Assembly: GCA_951406725.2 (NCBI GenBank)
Contig: OX597838.1
Span: 40,052,001 to 40,116,000 of the forward strand
DNA: 64,000 bases
Origin: Octopus vulgaris
Lineage: Eukaryota
Reading direction: 5' to 3'
Below are positions 13,161 through 28,156 of the stretch, piece after piece (the first letter of the stretch is position 1; the number at the start of each line of letters is the position of its first letter). Below the pieces are notes generated by a model. The model saw nothing but the letters and a program-made list of their open reading frames with translations. It was not told the origin of the DNA and did no database searches. A program made the position numbers and the translations under genes.

Positions 13161-13357
13161 CACCAACAGAAAATAAGGGAAATAGAAATTATGTTTGGAG
13201 ACAGCAAAGGGAGGACACTCGTTTGCAAACGGATTACTAGAATCCGTTTGCTAAAAGTGAGAAACTCCGACATCAGAAGAGAATAACCAAGAGAAGAACA
13301 ATCTTAGGTTGTTCTGAACATAATGGCCGCTCTAAGTGTCGTGTTTTGAAACGCAAT
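13161..13357 (+). repeat. ~197-bp direct duplicate of 15079-15276
   Basis: caccaacagaaa...gtgttttgaaacgcaatt occurs twice with few differences. Confidence 0.9.
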
Positions 13358-13420
13358 TAAATGCAGTTGTGTGGAACGATTGTACTGCATTACCTCTGGA
13401 TATCTTTGTTGCTTATTTTG

Positions 13421-13469
<49 letters not shown>

Positions 13470-13494
13470 AAAAAGCAACAAGAATGGATCAATA

Positions 13495-13583
13495 TTTCGG
13501 TACAATTGTTTCGTACGAAGACAGCTTTATTAAGGCTGCAAATATTGCAGTAAATATAAGTGACCCATACTCATCAGCCGAAA
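13495..13583 (-). ncRNA. Canonical minimal type-I hammerhead ribozyme
   Basis: tttcgg CTGATGA gtatg...cgtac GAAA caattg TA ccgaaa: 6-bp stem I, intact core, palindromic stem III, GUA cleavage triplet. Confidence 0.85.
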
Positions 13584-13813
13584 AAACATCTGAGTTCTCC
13601 AAACATCTAAGTGGGTGATGTTACACTCCTGAAACATCAGGGATAGTTCTATAAAAATAAGATTTAGGTAACAAATGGACTTCTAAAAGTTCTTTTAGTG
13701 TTGCACAGTCATATAACGGGTTTTAAAAAAGTATTTTAAAAAAACCTCTTAGTTTTCCAGAAAATGAAAATGAAATTGAAAATGTAAATCCATCCATATT
13801 GAAGAAAGTTTGA

Positions 13814-14205
13814 AGTGACGGGAACATAAACACACCAGCATCGGTTGTCAAGCAATGCTAGGGGGACAAACGGAGATACACAAACACACACACATACACA
13901 TATATATATACATATATACGACGGGCTTCTTTCAGTTTCCGTCTACCAAATCCACTCAAAAGCCTTTGGTCGGCCCGAGGCTATAGTAGAAGACACTTGC
14001 CCAAGGTGCCACGCAGTGGGACTGAACTGGAACCATGTGGTTGGTAAACAAGCTACTTACCACACAGCCACTCCTAGAAACCGATAGAATAAGTACTAGG
14101 CTTACGAAGAAATCCTAAGGTCGATTTCTTCGACTAAAACCCCTTAAGATGGTGCTCCAGCATAGCCGCAGTCAAATAACTGAAACAAGTAAAAGAATAA
14201 AAGAG
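13814..14205. mobile_element. SINE-A pieces (minus-strand body 13814-14075, plus-strand tail 14078-14205)
   Basis: Similarity to the other SINE-A copies. Confidence 0.8.
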
Positions 14206-14364
14206 TACATACGGACGTACACGCATACATACATACATATATAATACATACATACACATACATACATACATACATACATACATACATACATACATAAATA
14301 CATACATACATACATACACACACATACATACATACATACATACATACATGCATATGTACGTACG

Positions 14365-14400
<36 letters not shown>

Positions 14401-14671
14401 CACACATACATACATACATGCATACATACACATACATACATACACATACATACATACATACATACATATACACACTTACATACATACATACACATACATA
14501 TATACACATACATACATACATACACATACATACACATACATACATAGATACATACATACATGCATACAAACACATACATACATACATACATGCATACATA
14601 CATACACATACATACATACATACACACACATACATACATACATACATACATACACACATACATACATACAT

Positions 14672-14702
<31 letters not shown>

Positions 14703-14736
14703 CATGCATACATACATACATACATACATACATACA

Positions 14737-14772
<36 letters not shown>

Positions 14773-14915
14773 CACACACATACATACATACATACACACA
14801 TACATACACACACACATACATACACACACACATACATACATACATACATACATACATACATACATACATACATACATACATACACACATACATACATTCA
14901 TACATACATACATAT
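14206..14915. repeat. (CATA)n-rich microsatellite
   Basis: Direct inspection. Confidence 0.95.
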
Positions 14916-15221
14916 GCAAAGCAGTGCATGAATGACATTCAAAAAGTGAACAAAACCGAAACAACAAAGCAAATATCATCCTAGGTTTTTAAGACAGAAA
15001 ATGATGGCTAGTTTACGGAAGATCACCAGCCATGTGAGGATGCTTATTGGCTGTAAACAAGCAAATCACTATACGTCGCACCAACAGAAAGTAAAGGAGA
15101 TAGAAATGATGTTTGGAGACAGCAAAGGGAGGCCACTCGTTTGCAAACGGATTACTAGAATCTGTTTGCTAAAAGTGAGAAACTCCTACATCAGAAGAGA
15201 ATAACCAAGAGAAGAACAATC

Positions 15222-16260
15222 TTAGGTTGTTCTGAACATAATGGCCGCTCTAAGTGTCGTGTTTTGAAACGCAATTTTATCATAGTATTTTAATTATACT
15301 TTAGGTGAATTTTGACATTTAATAATTGATTTATGCTCTTTGATGATTTTTCTACCTATTTCAGACGGAAAACATTCATGGAGAATAGGCGTCCTTAATT
15401 ATGAACATGACAATAAAAGAATCTTCGCTTGAATGAGTTCACGCTTGGGCACAATGCCGCCCAAACTGCTGCCAATATCAACAGAGCATGAGAAGAGGTG
15501 TCCAGAAGCGATTGCACAGAAATTCCGTACTCGTGATGAGCGCCTTGAAGATGAAGAAGGTAGAGGACGGTCATGCAGTCTTGACAATGAACAATGGAAA
15601 GCAATTGTTGAACAAGACCCACGTCAAAGTGTCAAAGAAATGTCTCACGCACTTGGTGTCGGTATTTTATTTCAATGGTCTCACGCAATCTGTAGAAGAT
15701 TGGTACTGTGAAAAAGCTCGATAAATGGGTACCGCATGTGCTCAATAAAAATCAAAAAGTTCGGCGTCTTGAAGTGTGTTCGATGCTCTTTCTGCGCAAC
15801 CCCAATGATCTTCTTCTTGAATGTGACGAAAATGGATACTTTATGATAACTGTAAACGATCAGGTCAATGGCTTGATCGTGATGAGTACCGCAAACATTT
15901 CCCAAAGCCAAAGTTGCATCAGCAAAAGATTATGGTGACTGCCTGGTGGTCTGCAATTTATGTTGTCAATTACAGCTTTCTGGTAGACAATCAGAGCATC
16001 ACAGCAGAGGTTTACTGCAATCAACTCGTTGAAATGCATGCTCACTTGCAGAAAAAATGAGACCTGCATTGGTGATCGGCGTGACCCATTTCTGCTCCAC
16101 GATAATGCAAAGCCACATATTGCAAGAATGACACTGCAGAAACTCATAGCTTTGGGATACAAGACATTGCTACATCTTCCATGTTCTGATCTTTCACCCA
16201 CTGACTACTATTTTTTTTTAGCATTTAAACACGTTTTAAGTGATAAAACTTTCAGGTTCA
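15222..16260 (+). mobile_element. Decayed mariner transposon, 3' truncated
   Basis: TIR-like ttaggttgttctgaacataatggccgc; EFTLGHNAAQTAANINRA, KKLDKWVPHVL, LLHDNAKPH, DLSPTDYYFF. Confidence 0.85.
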
Positions 16261-16261
16261 A

Positions 16262-16850
16262 ACCTGAGTACTGTTGGAATGTCCTAGTGAAAACCTTAAA
16301 TTGTAAGCACAACAGACCTGATATAATGATTTGGGATTGAGAAGAGAAAGTGTGTACAGTTGTGGAAATTGCCTACCCAGCGCGTGTTAACATAAACCTG
16401 ATGATCAATGAAAAGGAGAATACATATCTTGAACTATTAAGAAATCTGCACTTACTTTAGCCAGATTACAAGTTCGGGTTTATACCTGTTTATACTGGGT
16501 TTCTGGGATATGTAAAAACTACTTAAATACCAATCTTGAGAAATTAGGCTTCTCAAAACCAGAAAGGAGAAAGCTGATTCAAAGACTACAGATCCAGTTC
16601 TTCACTGGAACTGTAAAAATCAGTAAAACTTTCCAGAAATTTATCATTTAAGTATATATGAGCATGTCAGATTATGCAACTATATGCATGAGAAGACATT
16701 ACATAAAGGGAAACATAAAAATCTGCACTTATACATACATTCGTATAAAAACACCCTGTTGTTGATGTTGAAATGTTAATGGATCTCGGTTAGAAACTGG
16801 CATTGCCTCTATTGACAAGAAATTTTGAAATAAAACTGAATAATGACATA
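16262..16850 (+). mobile_element. 3' end of an R4/NeSL-type non-LTR element (restriction-like endonuclease domain)
   Basis: YCWNVLVKTLNCKHNRPDIMIWD*EEKVCTVVEIAYP...EKENTY (RPD...E...K-x2-Y), then GTVKISKTF and a 3' UTR. Confidence 0.7.
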
Positions 16851-17132
16851 CATAAAGACACGCGCAAATACACTAACCTTTTTGGGGCTGCATTTCTGTC
16901 TTGAAATTAGCTTCGCCTCCTTTTGCTTCGATTGTCAACATCAAAGACATCAAAAGAACCATGAAAAGCTTCAACATGTTTCCTATATTTGTTCTGTTCA
17001 TCTATAATACCAATGTCTGATGCCGTTACCAATATGTTCTGTTTCTGCCAAAGTCTTCTCTCGAAATCTAGCGCTGATGTCGGGTGTTCACACAGTTTTG
17101 TAGAAAACGAACATATTCCTGGTTCACTCTCT

Positions 17133-17174
<42 letters not shown>

Positions 17175-17231
17175 ATGTATGTATGTATGTATGTTTATGT
17201 ATATGTATATATATGCATATATATATATACA

Positions 17232-17280
<49 letters not shown>

Positions 17281-17305
17281 ATTTATGTGCATATATATAT
17301 ATATG

Positions 17306-17343
<38 letters not shown>

Positions 17344-17374
17344 CACATACATATATATATATGTGCATATAAAT

Positions 17375-17408
<34 letters not shown>

Positions 17409-17469
17409 GCATATATATGTATACATATACATAAACATACATACATACATACATACATACATACATACA

Positions 17470-17504
<35 letters not shown>

Positions 17505-18138
17505 GTATATATATATATATATTATATACATATAAAGACACAGAGGGAGAAGAGGGAGAGATATACAGGGTCCTAATAAATTACCTACATCGTACTCCCC
17601 TTTCAGTCCACCAGCTGGACAAAGTTTTATTATGAAACGCTCGAACAATCAACCCCTACAGGGGCGGCTCACCATATTGCTGCAAAGTAATTGATGGTTG
17701 CAAATGATGTAACTGCGCTATAACAAAGGCTTTTTTTTTTTGAAGTTTTGTATTTTCGAAATTGTAAAGATAATTTATGTATTTATATATAGATAAGCAC
17801 AACGCCACAAAACCTATAATTGTAGGTATAATATTTGTAATGCAGCCCTATACTTCTATATACAAGTATATACCCTATACTTGTATAATATTTATAATGC
17901 AGCTCTATACTTCTACACATTACTTATTCATACTCCCACACACACACATACAATCACTCATTCATAAACATACACTCTCAGCATGACACTAACACAGTTA
18001 AATTAAAGTTAATATTCCACATTATAGTCGATTTCGATATAATCATATTTAATAATAGAGTTTATTATAAGTAAATTTTTATTTAGATTATATAGATTAT
18101 TTATATATTAAAAATATTGATTATATTTTAGGTTTTGA

Positions 18139-18192
18139 AACCACCTGAAGAATGTCTCATAGAAGTGCTGACACGAAACGATCGTAGTGGTT
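18139..18192 (+). ncRNA. Minimal type-I hammerhead ribozyme
   Basis: aaccac CTGAAGA atgtc...gacac GAAA cgatcg TA gtggtt; A-C mismatch at 10.1-11.1. Confidence 0.8.
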
Positions 18193-18346
18193 ATTTTAAT
18201 TAAATTTAATTTATATAAATTATTTAATGTATTGGCTTAAGTCTTTTTTTGTTTGATTTGCATAATAGTGGTTTTGTCTCTAATTTAATATAATATAATA
18301 TATATATATATATATGTATGTATGTATGTATATGTATATGTATATG

Positions 18347-18439
<93 letters not shown>

Positions 18440-18543
18440 CACCTTCCAGGCTGCAATTGTTTACATATATATATATTTACATATATATATACATATATAT
18501 ATACATAATATATATATATATATGTATATATATATACATATAA

Positions 18544-18599
<56 letters not shown>

Positions 18600-18668
18600 G
18601 TATATGTATATGTATATATATATATGTATATATATTTATATGTATATATATATATATGTATGTATATG

Positions 18669-18723
<55 letters not shown>

Positions 18724-18857
18724 AGACACAGAGGGAGAAGAGGGAGAGATATACAGGGTCCTGCATAGATATATTCATTTATACACATAAATATACTTAC
18801 AACATATACAGTCAGAAACATATATGCTCACAGGCTTATGTGTGCATGTATATTTGA

Positions 18858-18895
<38 letters not shown>

Positions 18896-19058
18896 GTATA
18901 CTTATAATTTTAAAATAAACATACAAATTTCCGCACGAAGACAAGTAGTCTATGCCCTAGGGACGTAGCTTCAACCGTGTTCTTTCTGATGTGAATTTGC
19001 TACCCAGGTATCGGTTATCTTTTGAATTATCCTTAATAAGATAATTCATTCAATTACT

Positions 19059-19110
<52 letters not shown>

Positions 19111-19301
19111 TATACACATATATATATACATATATATACATATATATATATACACACATATATATATACATATATATATATACATATATACATATATGTA
19201 TATATATACATATGTATATATGCATATATATACGTATATATATATACATATATATATATACATATATATATATACATATATATATATACATATATATATA
19301 C

Positions 19302-19358
<57 letters not shown>

Positions 19359-19574
19359 TACATATAAATATATATACATATATACATATATATACATATA
19401 TATATATATATACATATATATATATTACGGAGATATATTACTTGCTACTACATAGCAAGTGATTTGATCTGAGATCGTGTGCTGAAACGAAAACAATTGC
19501 AGCGTGGAAGGTGTTTGTAAGTCATTTAAGAAACACACAAAAGCCGTTCGATTCACTTCAACATTTAAGTTTAA

Positions 19575-19625
19575 TTTGTCAAAATATTTTCGTCACTTTA
19601 AGACCGCGACCTGTTCACCGACAAA
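19575..19625 (-). ncRNA. Hammerhead fold with G3:C8 core (module C copy 1; others at 22501-22551, 23969-24019, 25435-25485, 28942-28992, 30424-30474)
   Basis: tttgtcg GTGAACA g gtcgc ggtcttaaa gtgac GAAA atat TT tgacaaa. Confidence 0.65.
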
Positions 19626-19723
19626 AATCCGTGCTGCACCGATTTTTGTGTGTTTCTTAAATGGCTTACAAACACCTTCCACGCTGCAATTGTTTACATA
19701 TATATATATATATATATATTTAC

Positions 19724-19754
<31 letters not shown>

Positions 19755-19860
19755 ATATATATATATATCTATATGTATATATACATATAAACATACATAC
19801 ATATATATATATGTATATATATGTATATGTATATGTATATATATATATATGTATGTATAT

Positions 19861-19895
<35 letters not shown>

Positions 19896-19898
<3 letters not shown>

Positions 19899-20126
19899 AG
19901 AGACAAAACCACTATTTTGCAAAATAAACAAGGAAAGACTTAATCAATACATAAAATTTTAATAAAAAGTCAAAAAATTTGAAACTGACTTATTGGAAGT
20001 CCACCTGAAGATTGTCGATCAGGACAAGAAACAATTGTAGTGGCGATTTTTTTGACTTTTTATTAAAATTTTATGTATTGATTAAGTCTTTCCTTGTTTG
20101 TTTTGCAAAATAGTGGTTTTGTCTCT
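19896..20126. repeat. Fold-back element: ~80-bp inverted repeats enclosing an HHR
   Basis: gagacaaaaccactattttgcaaaa...aaaagtcaaaaaa is the reverse complement of ~20047-20126. Confidence 0.9.
20001..20043 (+). ncRNA. Minimal type-I hammerhead ribozyme
   Basis: ccac CTGAAGA ttgtc gatcag gacaa GAAA caattg TA gtgg; all three helices and core intact. Confidence 0.85.
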
Positions 20127-20218
20127 AATAATATTATATAATATTTTACTATAAAATTGGATTTAATCCTAAATCTGATTTTTTTCCTGTAAATTTGGAT
20201 TTATTCCCTAATATTTAT

Positions 20219-20286
<68 letters not shown>

Positions 20287-20542
20287 CATATAAAGACACA
20301 GAAGGAGAAGAGGGAGAGATATACAGGGTCCTAATAAATTACCTACATCGTACTTCCCCTTTCAGTCCACCAGCTGGACAAAGTTTTATTATGAAACGCT
20401 CGAACAATTAACCCCTACGGGGGCGGCTCACCATATTGCTGCAAAGTAATTGATGGTTGCAAATGATGTAACTGCGCTATAACAAAGGCTTTTTTTTTGA
20501 ATTTTTGTATTTTCGAAATTGTAAAGATAATTTATGTATTTA

Positions 20543-21657
20543 GCACGCAAATAGTGAGCGGTGTTCCACAGGGCACTGTTTTGGGACCACTACTGTTCAT
20601 AATGGCCCTCTCAGACATGCCCTCAGCCACGCGGAGAGCCACGATCACAAGTTATGCAGATGATACAAAAGTTTCACAGGCAATACAGAACCCTGAAGAC
20701 ACTAGGCACCTGCAATATGAGCTGGACGAAATATACAAGTGGGCTGAAAAGAATAGCATGCAGTTCAATGCTGAAAAGTTTCAAGCTTTATACTATCAGC
20801 ATGCAAAACTGAATGCAATAGCCAAGGAATACACTGGACCCGGAGGGATTGTAATCCCAGAGGCACAATCAGTGCGTGACCTGGGTATTCACATGAGTGA
20901 TGACGCGACCTTTCATGTACATGTTGCTAAACTGACAATGAAATGCAGACGGCTGGCTGGATGGATTCTTAGAACCTTTAGAACAAGAGAACAAGAAACC
21001 ATGATGGTCCTCTGGAAGACACTTGTCCTAAGTCACTTTGACTATTGCTCTCAGCTATGGTCACCATCCAGTGTCAAGTTGATCACAGAACTTGAGGCGA
21101 TCCAACGAAGCTACACGAAGAAGATAGCCTCTATGCAGAATGTAAGCTACTGGGAAAGACTCAAGAGATTAAAATTATATTCCCTGGAGCGTAGGCGGGA
21201 AAGATATGCCATAATATACATCTGGAAGATCCTGGAGGGAAGTGTCCTGAACTTTGGCATCGAGAGTTACGCAAATGCCAGAACTGGGAGCCACTGCGTG
21301 GTGCCTAGGACTCCAAACTTGCCATCAAGATGTAGGACAAGATTCTGTGATAGCCTGGGCTTCCGAGGCCCACAGCTCTTCAATATCCTCCCGATGAACC
21401 TGAGAGACCTGCATGGGGTGGATACAGATGTCTTTAAAATGGAGCTGGATCTCTTCCTGTCAGGTGTCCCAGATGAACCAACTTCACGGCAGGAGGGGCA
21501 GATGAGGGCAGCTGCATCGAACTCTCTCATGCACCAAATAGCAGTTGCTAGAAAGCCTCCATGAAGTGAAACCAAGTAGCAACACCAAATGGCGGTGCCC
21601 CAGCATGGCCACAGCTCATAAGCTGAAACTAGAATCAATCGATCAATCAATCAATCA
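20543..21657 (+). mobile_element. 5'-truncated CR1/L2-group LINE with open RT C-terminal frame (stop at 21564) and (CAAT)n tail, inserted in module A
   Basis: SGVPQGTVLGPLLF, YADDTK, RDLG, DYCSQLWSP, SLERRRER; the flanks are the two halves of module A. Confidence 0.95.
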
Positions 21658-21997
21658 ATAAGCACAACGCCACAAAACCTATAATTGTTGTCTACGAATA
21701 TATACATAGATATATTCATTTATACACACATAAATATACTTACAACATATACAGTCAGAAACACATATGCTGCCAGGCTTATGTGTGCATGTATATTTGA
21801 GTGTGTATGTATATATATATATATATATATGAAAGTATACTTATAATTTTAAAATAAACATACAAATTACCGCACGAAGACAAGAAGTCTATGCCCTAGG
21901 GACGTAGCTTCAACCGTGTTCTTTCTGATGTGAAATTGCTACCCAGGTATCGGTTATCTTTCGAATTATCCTTAATAAGATAATTCATTCAATTACT

Positions 21998-22050
<53 letters not shown>

Positions 22051-22196
22051 TTATATACATATATATACACATATATATATACATATATATATATATGCAT
22101 ATATATATACACACATATATATACATATATATATACATATATATATACATATATACATATATATATATATACATATGTATATATGCATATATATAC

Positions 22197-22288
<92 letters not shown>

Positions 22289-22621
22289 ATATATACATAT
22301 ATACATATATATATATACATATATACATATATATACATATATATATATACATATATATAATACGGAGATGTACCTGCATAGCAAGTGATTTGATCTGAGA
22401 TCGTGTGCTGAAACGAAAACAATTGCAGCGTGGAAGGTGTTTGTAAGCCATTTAAGAAACACACAAAAGCCGTTCGATTCACTTCAACATTTAAGTTTAA
22501 TTTGTCAAAATCATTTCGTCGCTTTAAGACCGAGACCTGTTCACTGACAAAGATCCGTGCTGCACGGATTTTTGTGTTTCTTAAATGGCTTACAAACACC
22601 TTCCACTCTGCAATTGTTTAC

Positions 22622-22691
<70 letters not shown>

Positions 22692-22748
22692 TATATATAT
22701 CTATATGTATATATACATATAAACATACATACATATATATATATATGT

Positions 22749-22780
<32 letters not shown>

Positions 22781-22790
22781 GTATGTATAT

Positions 22791-22846
<56 letters not shown>

Positions 22847-23452
22847 CATATAAAGACACAGAAGGAGAAGAGGGAGAGATATACAGGGTCCTAATAAATT
22901 ACCTACATCGTACTCCCCCTTTCAGTCCACCAGCTGGACAAAGTTTTATTATGAAACGCTCTAACAATCAACCCCTACAGGGGCGGCTCGCCATATTGCT
23001 GCAAAGTAACTGATGGTTGCAAATGATGTAACTGCGCTATAACAAAGGCTTTTTTTTTTTGAATTTTTGTATTTTCGAAATTGTAAAGATAATTTATGTA
23101 TTTATATATAGAAAAGCACAACGCCACAAAACCTATAATTGTTGTCTACGAATATATACATAGATATATTCATTTATACACTCATAAATATACTTACAAC
23201 ATATACAGTCAGAAACACATATGCTGCCAGGCTTATGTGTGCATGTATATTTGAGTGTGTATGTATATATATATATATATATATGAAAGTATACTTATAA
23301 TTTTAAAAATAAACATACAAATTTCCGCACGAAGACAAGTAGTCTATGCCCTAGGGACGTAGCTTCAACCGTGTTCTTTCTGATGTGAATTTGCTACCCA
23401 GGTATCGGTTATCTTTTGAATTATCCTTAATAAGATAATTCATTCAATTACT

Positions 23453-23515
<63 letters not shown>

Positions 23516-23594
23516 TTATATACATATATATACACATATATATATACATATATATATATATGCATATATATATACACACATATATACACATATA

Positions 23595-23628
<34 letters not shown>

Positions 23629-23659
23629 CATATATATATGCATATATATATATATATAC

Positions 23660-23823
<164 letters not shown>

Positions 23824-24132
23824 TATATTACGGAGATGTACCTGCATAGCAAGTGATTTGATCTGAGATCGTGTGCTGAAACGAAAACAATTGCAGCGTG
23901 GAAGGTGTCTGTAAGTCATTTAAGAAACACACAAAAGCCGTTCGATTCACTTCAACATTTAAGTTTAATTTGTCAAAATATTTTCGTCGCTTTAAGGCCG
24001 CGACCGGTTCGCTGACAAAGATCCGTGCTGCACGGATATTTGTGTGTTTCTTAAATGGCTTACAAACACCTTCCACGCTGCAATTGTTTACATATATATA
24101 TACATATATATATACATAACATATATATATAT

Positions 24133-24188
<56 letters not shown>

Positions 24189-24202
24189 ATATGTATATAT
24201 AC

Positions 24203-24264
<62 letters not shown>

Positions 24265-24273
24265 GTATGTATA

Positions 24274-24326
<53 letters not shown>

Positions 24327-24339
24327 ATTTATATGTATA

Positions 24340-24383
<44 letters not shown>

Positions 24384-24393
24384 TATATATATG

Positions 24394-24440
<47 letters not shown>

Positions 24441-24893
24441 AGACACAGAGGGAGAAGAGGGAGAGATATACAGGGTCCTAATAAATTACCTACATCGTAC
24501 TCCCCCTTTCAGTCCACCAGCTGGACAAAGTTTTATTATGAAACGCTCGAACAATCAACCCCTACGGGGGCGGCTCACCATATTGCTGCAAAGTAATTGA
24601 TGGTTGCAAATGATGTAATTGCGCTATAACAAAGGCCTTTTTTTTTTGAATTTTTGTATTTTCGAAATTGTAAAGATAATTTATGTATTTATATATAGAA
24701 AAGCACAACGCCACAAAACCTATAATTGTTGTCTACGAATATATACATAGATATATTCATTTATACACTCATAAATATACTTACAACATATACAGTCAGA
24801 AACACATATGCTGCCAGGCTTATGTGTTCATGTATATTTGAGTGTGTATGTATATATATATATATATAAAAAGAGAGAGATACATATATATAC

Positions 24894-24940
<47 letters not shown>

Positions 24941-24979
24941 CATATATATATACACACATATATATATACATATACGTAT

Positions 24980-25104
<125 letters not shown>

Positions 25105-25193
25105 CATATATATACATATATATATATACATATATATATATACATATATATATACATATATACATATATATACATATGTATATATATATATAT

Positions 25194-25298
<105 letters not shown>

Positions 25299-25579
25299 CG
25301 GAGATGTACCTGCATAGCGTGTGATTTGATCTGAGATCGTGTGCTGAAACGAAAACAATTGCAGCGTGGAAGGTGTTTGTAAGCCATTTAAGAAACACAA
25401 AAGCCGTTCGATTCACTTCAACATTTAAGTTTAATTTGTCAAAATCATTTCGTCGCTTTAAGACCGAGACCTGTTCACCGACAAAGATCCGTGCTGCACG
25501 GATTTTTGTGTGTTTCTTAAATGGCTTACAAACACCTTCCACGCTGCAATTGTTTACATATATATATATATACATATAT

Positions 25580-28156
25580 ACAAAACTACAGTCAACAAAA
25601 AATAATGAGGGAACTAAAATCCATATTAAACCCATACAAAGCAGGGCTCACCGACAAAGAATATGATTATATGACCAATTTCACAAGTAAAACTAGCCAA
25701 TTCTACGGTATACCTAAGATCCACAAAAGTGAAAAAATAAGCAACGCATGCAAGATAGCTACAGACAAAATAATTAAAGTCCCTAATCCTAATGACCTCA
25801 AATTGAGACCCATAATAGCAGGTCCCGCATGCGAAACCCACCGCCTCAGTAACTTTTTAGACACCCTGTTAAAACCACTCCTCAAACATGTCAAAAGCTA
25901 TATAAGGGACGACTTAGATATGCTCAATCACCTACCGAATACTATAAACAAAAACACCATACTGGTATCCTTCGATGTAGTCAACCTCTACTCCAATATC
26001 CCCCACAACCTAGGACTAGAGGCAATCCAATTCTGGCTAGAGAATCACGCCAACGAACTACCACACCGCATCAAAAAAGAATTTGTGATAGAAGGGGTTA
26101 AATTCATCCTGGAAAATAACTTCTTCGCCTTCAATGACAACTTCTACCGACAAAATCGGGGACTGCGATGGGTACACGAATGGCCCCCTCCTTTGCCAAC
26201 CTAGTCATAGGATACCTAGAGATCAGTCTGTATCGTAAGGTTCTAGAAAGATATGGCAGCCCTTTCTCCATCTACATAGAAAACAACTGGAAGAGATATC
26301 TAGATGACTGTTTCATCCTTTGGCATAAAAATATAGAAAAACTCATAGAATTCCAGAAAATTTTAAACGGACTGGACGTAAACATCCAATTCACGATGGA
26401 ATATAGCCAACAACAACTCCCCTTCCTCGATATCCTCATTAAGAAAGCTAATAATATAATAGAAACAGACATATACTATAAGCCTACAGACTCTAAGCAA
26501 TATCTTCCATTCAATTCATGCCACCCCAGACACACCAGGATGAATATCCCCTTCAATCTAGCAAAAGGATATGCACTATAGTCTCTAACGCAAACACCAG
26601 AGACACACGACTACAAGAACTAAAAGATACCCTAATCACCAGGAACTATCCACCTTCACTTATTGACAAGTGCATTCAACGTGCCCTTCAACTTAACATC
26701 AAGGAACTGAGACATCCCAAATCAAAGAAAAACTTACAACCAAAAGCCTTACCATACATCTCCACACACAACCCTCTCAATAACGAAGCCTTCGACACCA
26801 TCCTCCACAACATACCCCTCCTAAAAAAAGACCACAGAATGAACACAATCCTCCAAACACACACGATCATAAAAAGCAAAAGACAGCCTAGATCCATGAA
26901 AAGTCTCCTTACACAAGCCCAAATTCACTCTTCAACACAGAAGCCGACAGTAAAAAAATGTGGAAGACCCAATTGCGGGATATGCGACTATCTAATCGAG
27001 GGTTCTGAGTTCTCCTTCAAACAGGGACAACGGTTTACAGTGAAAAGCAACTTCACATGTGCTTCGGAGAACCTAATATACTCACTAACCTGCTCCGGGT
27101 GTCAAGAGCAGTACATAGGCCAAACAAAAAATGGTTTGCGTAAACGAATGGCCCTGCACAGATCCCAGATAAAAATTCCCCAAAACAGAAAAATAGCTTT
27201 TAGCCAACACATAGATACTTGCGCCAACAAAAAAACACCAAACTTCAGAATTTTCCCCTCTACCAATTTAGGGACGATACAACCTCGAGACAAAGAATAA
27301 GTAAAGAAAATCTCTTTATTACAAAATACAAGCCACTTCTTAACGGGTCTACGACAAACAATTAATATACCTCAACTTTAGAATAAAAGAAAAAAATATA
27401 TATACACACACAAATACTACACTCCATAGAATCCATTACTAATCAGCCCCTTCATAGCTATATTTACACCCATTCATATTCTCCCTTCTCTGTTTTTTTC
27501 TTCTTCTTCTTCTTCATCATCATCGTTATCATCATCATCGGCGTCATCATCATCGCCACCATCATCACCACCATCTTCTCCTTCTCCTCCTTCTTCTTCT
27601 TCTTCTTCTTCTTCATCATCATCGTTATCATCATCATCGTCGTCATAATCATCACCACCATCACCATCATCTTCTCCTTCTCCTTCTCCTTCTCCTTCTT
27701 CTTCTTCTTCTTCTTCTTCTTCTTCTCCACCCCCTACCCCTTAAGTTTGTCACTAATGTTTTTTAGTATAACACCTAGCTAATTCTATAAACAAGCCTGT
27801 CGATATAAATATTCTCCTGAATTGAACTGAGACTGCCAGCCGCCACTGACCATTCAAAATACGACCATCAGGGCACTCCCAGATTCTCCCACCCCCTTTC
27901 TTCACCAGCCTTCCCTCTACTACCCTACCAAGAACTCACAACTACCTCGAACACACAAGTGCAAACAAGGGAGTCAGAGAAAGGCAGAATGCCACTTAAA
28001 TCTGAACACTACTATAGAAATATTGTTTTAAAAAAACTTTTCTTCTAATTTTTCTAAATTTAATTATTTAATCGTTACAGTTGAAAAGGTAAAATGACCG
28101 AAACCGGTACTAAATGTTCATATAAAATTATTTTATTTTCTATTTTTTACTTGTTT

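Noticed and set aside
14134-14984. Long YI/YV/HT/LSIY-rich ORFs here and throughout the track
   Set aside because: Translations of stop-free microsatellites, not genes
27464-27730. K/M-rich ORF
   Set aside because: (TTC)n/(CAT)n trinucleotide repeats in the PLE 3' UTR
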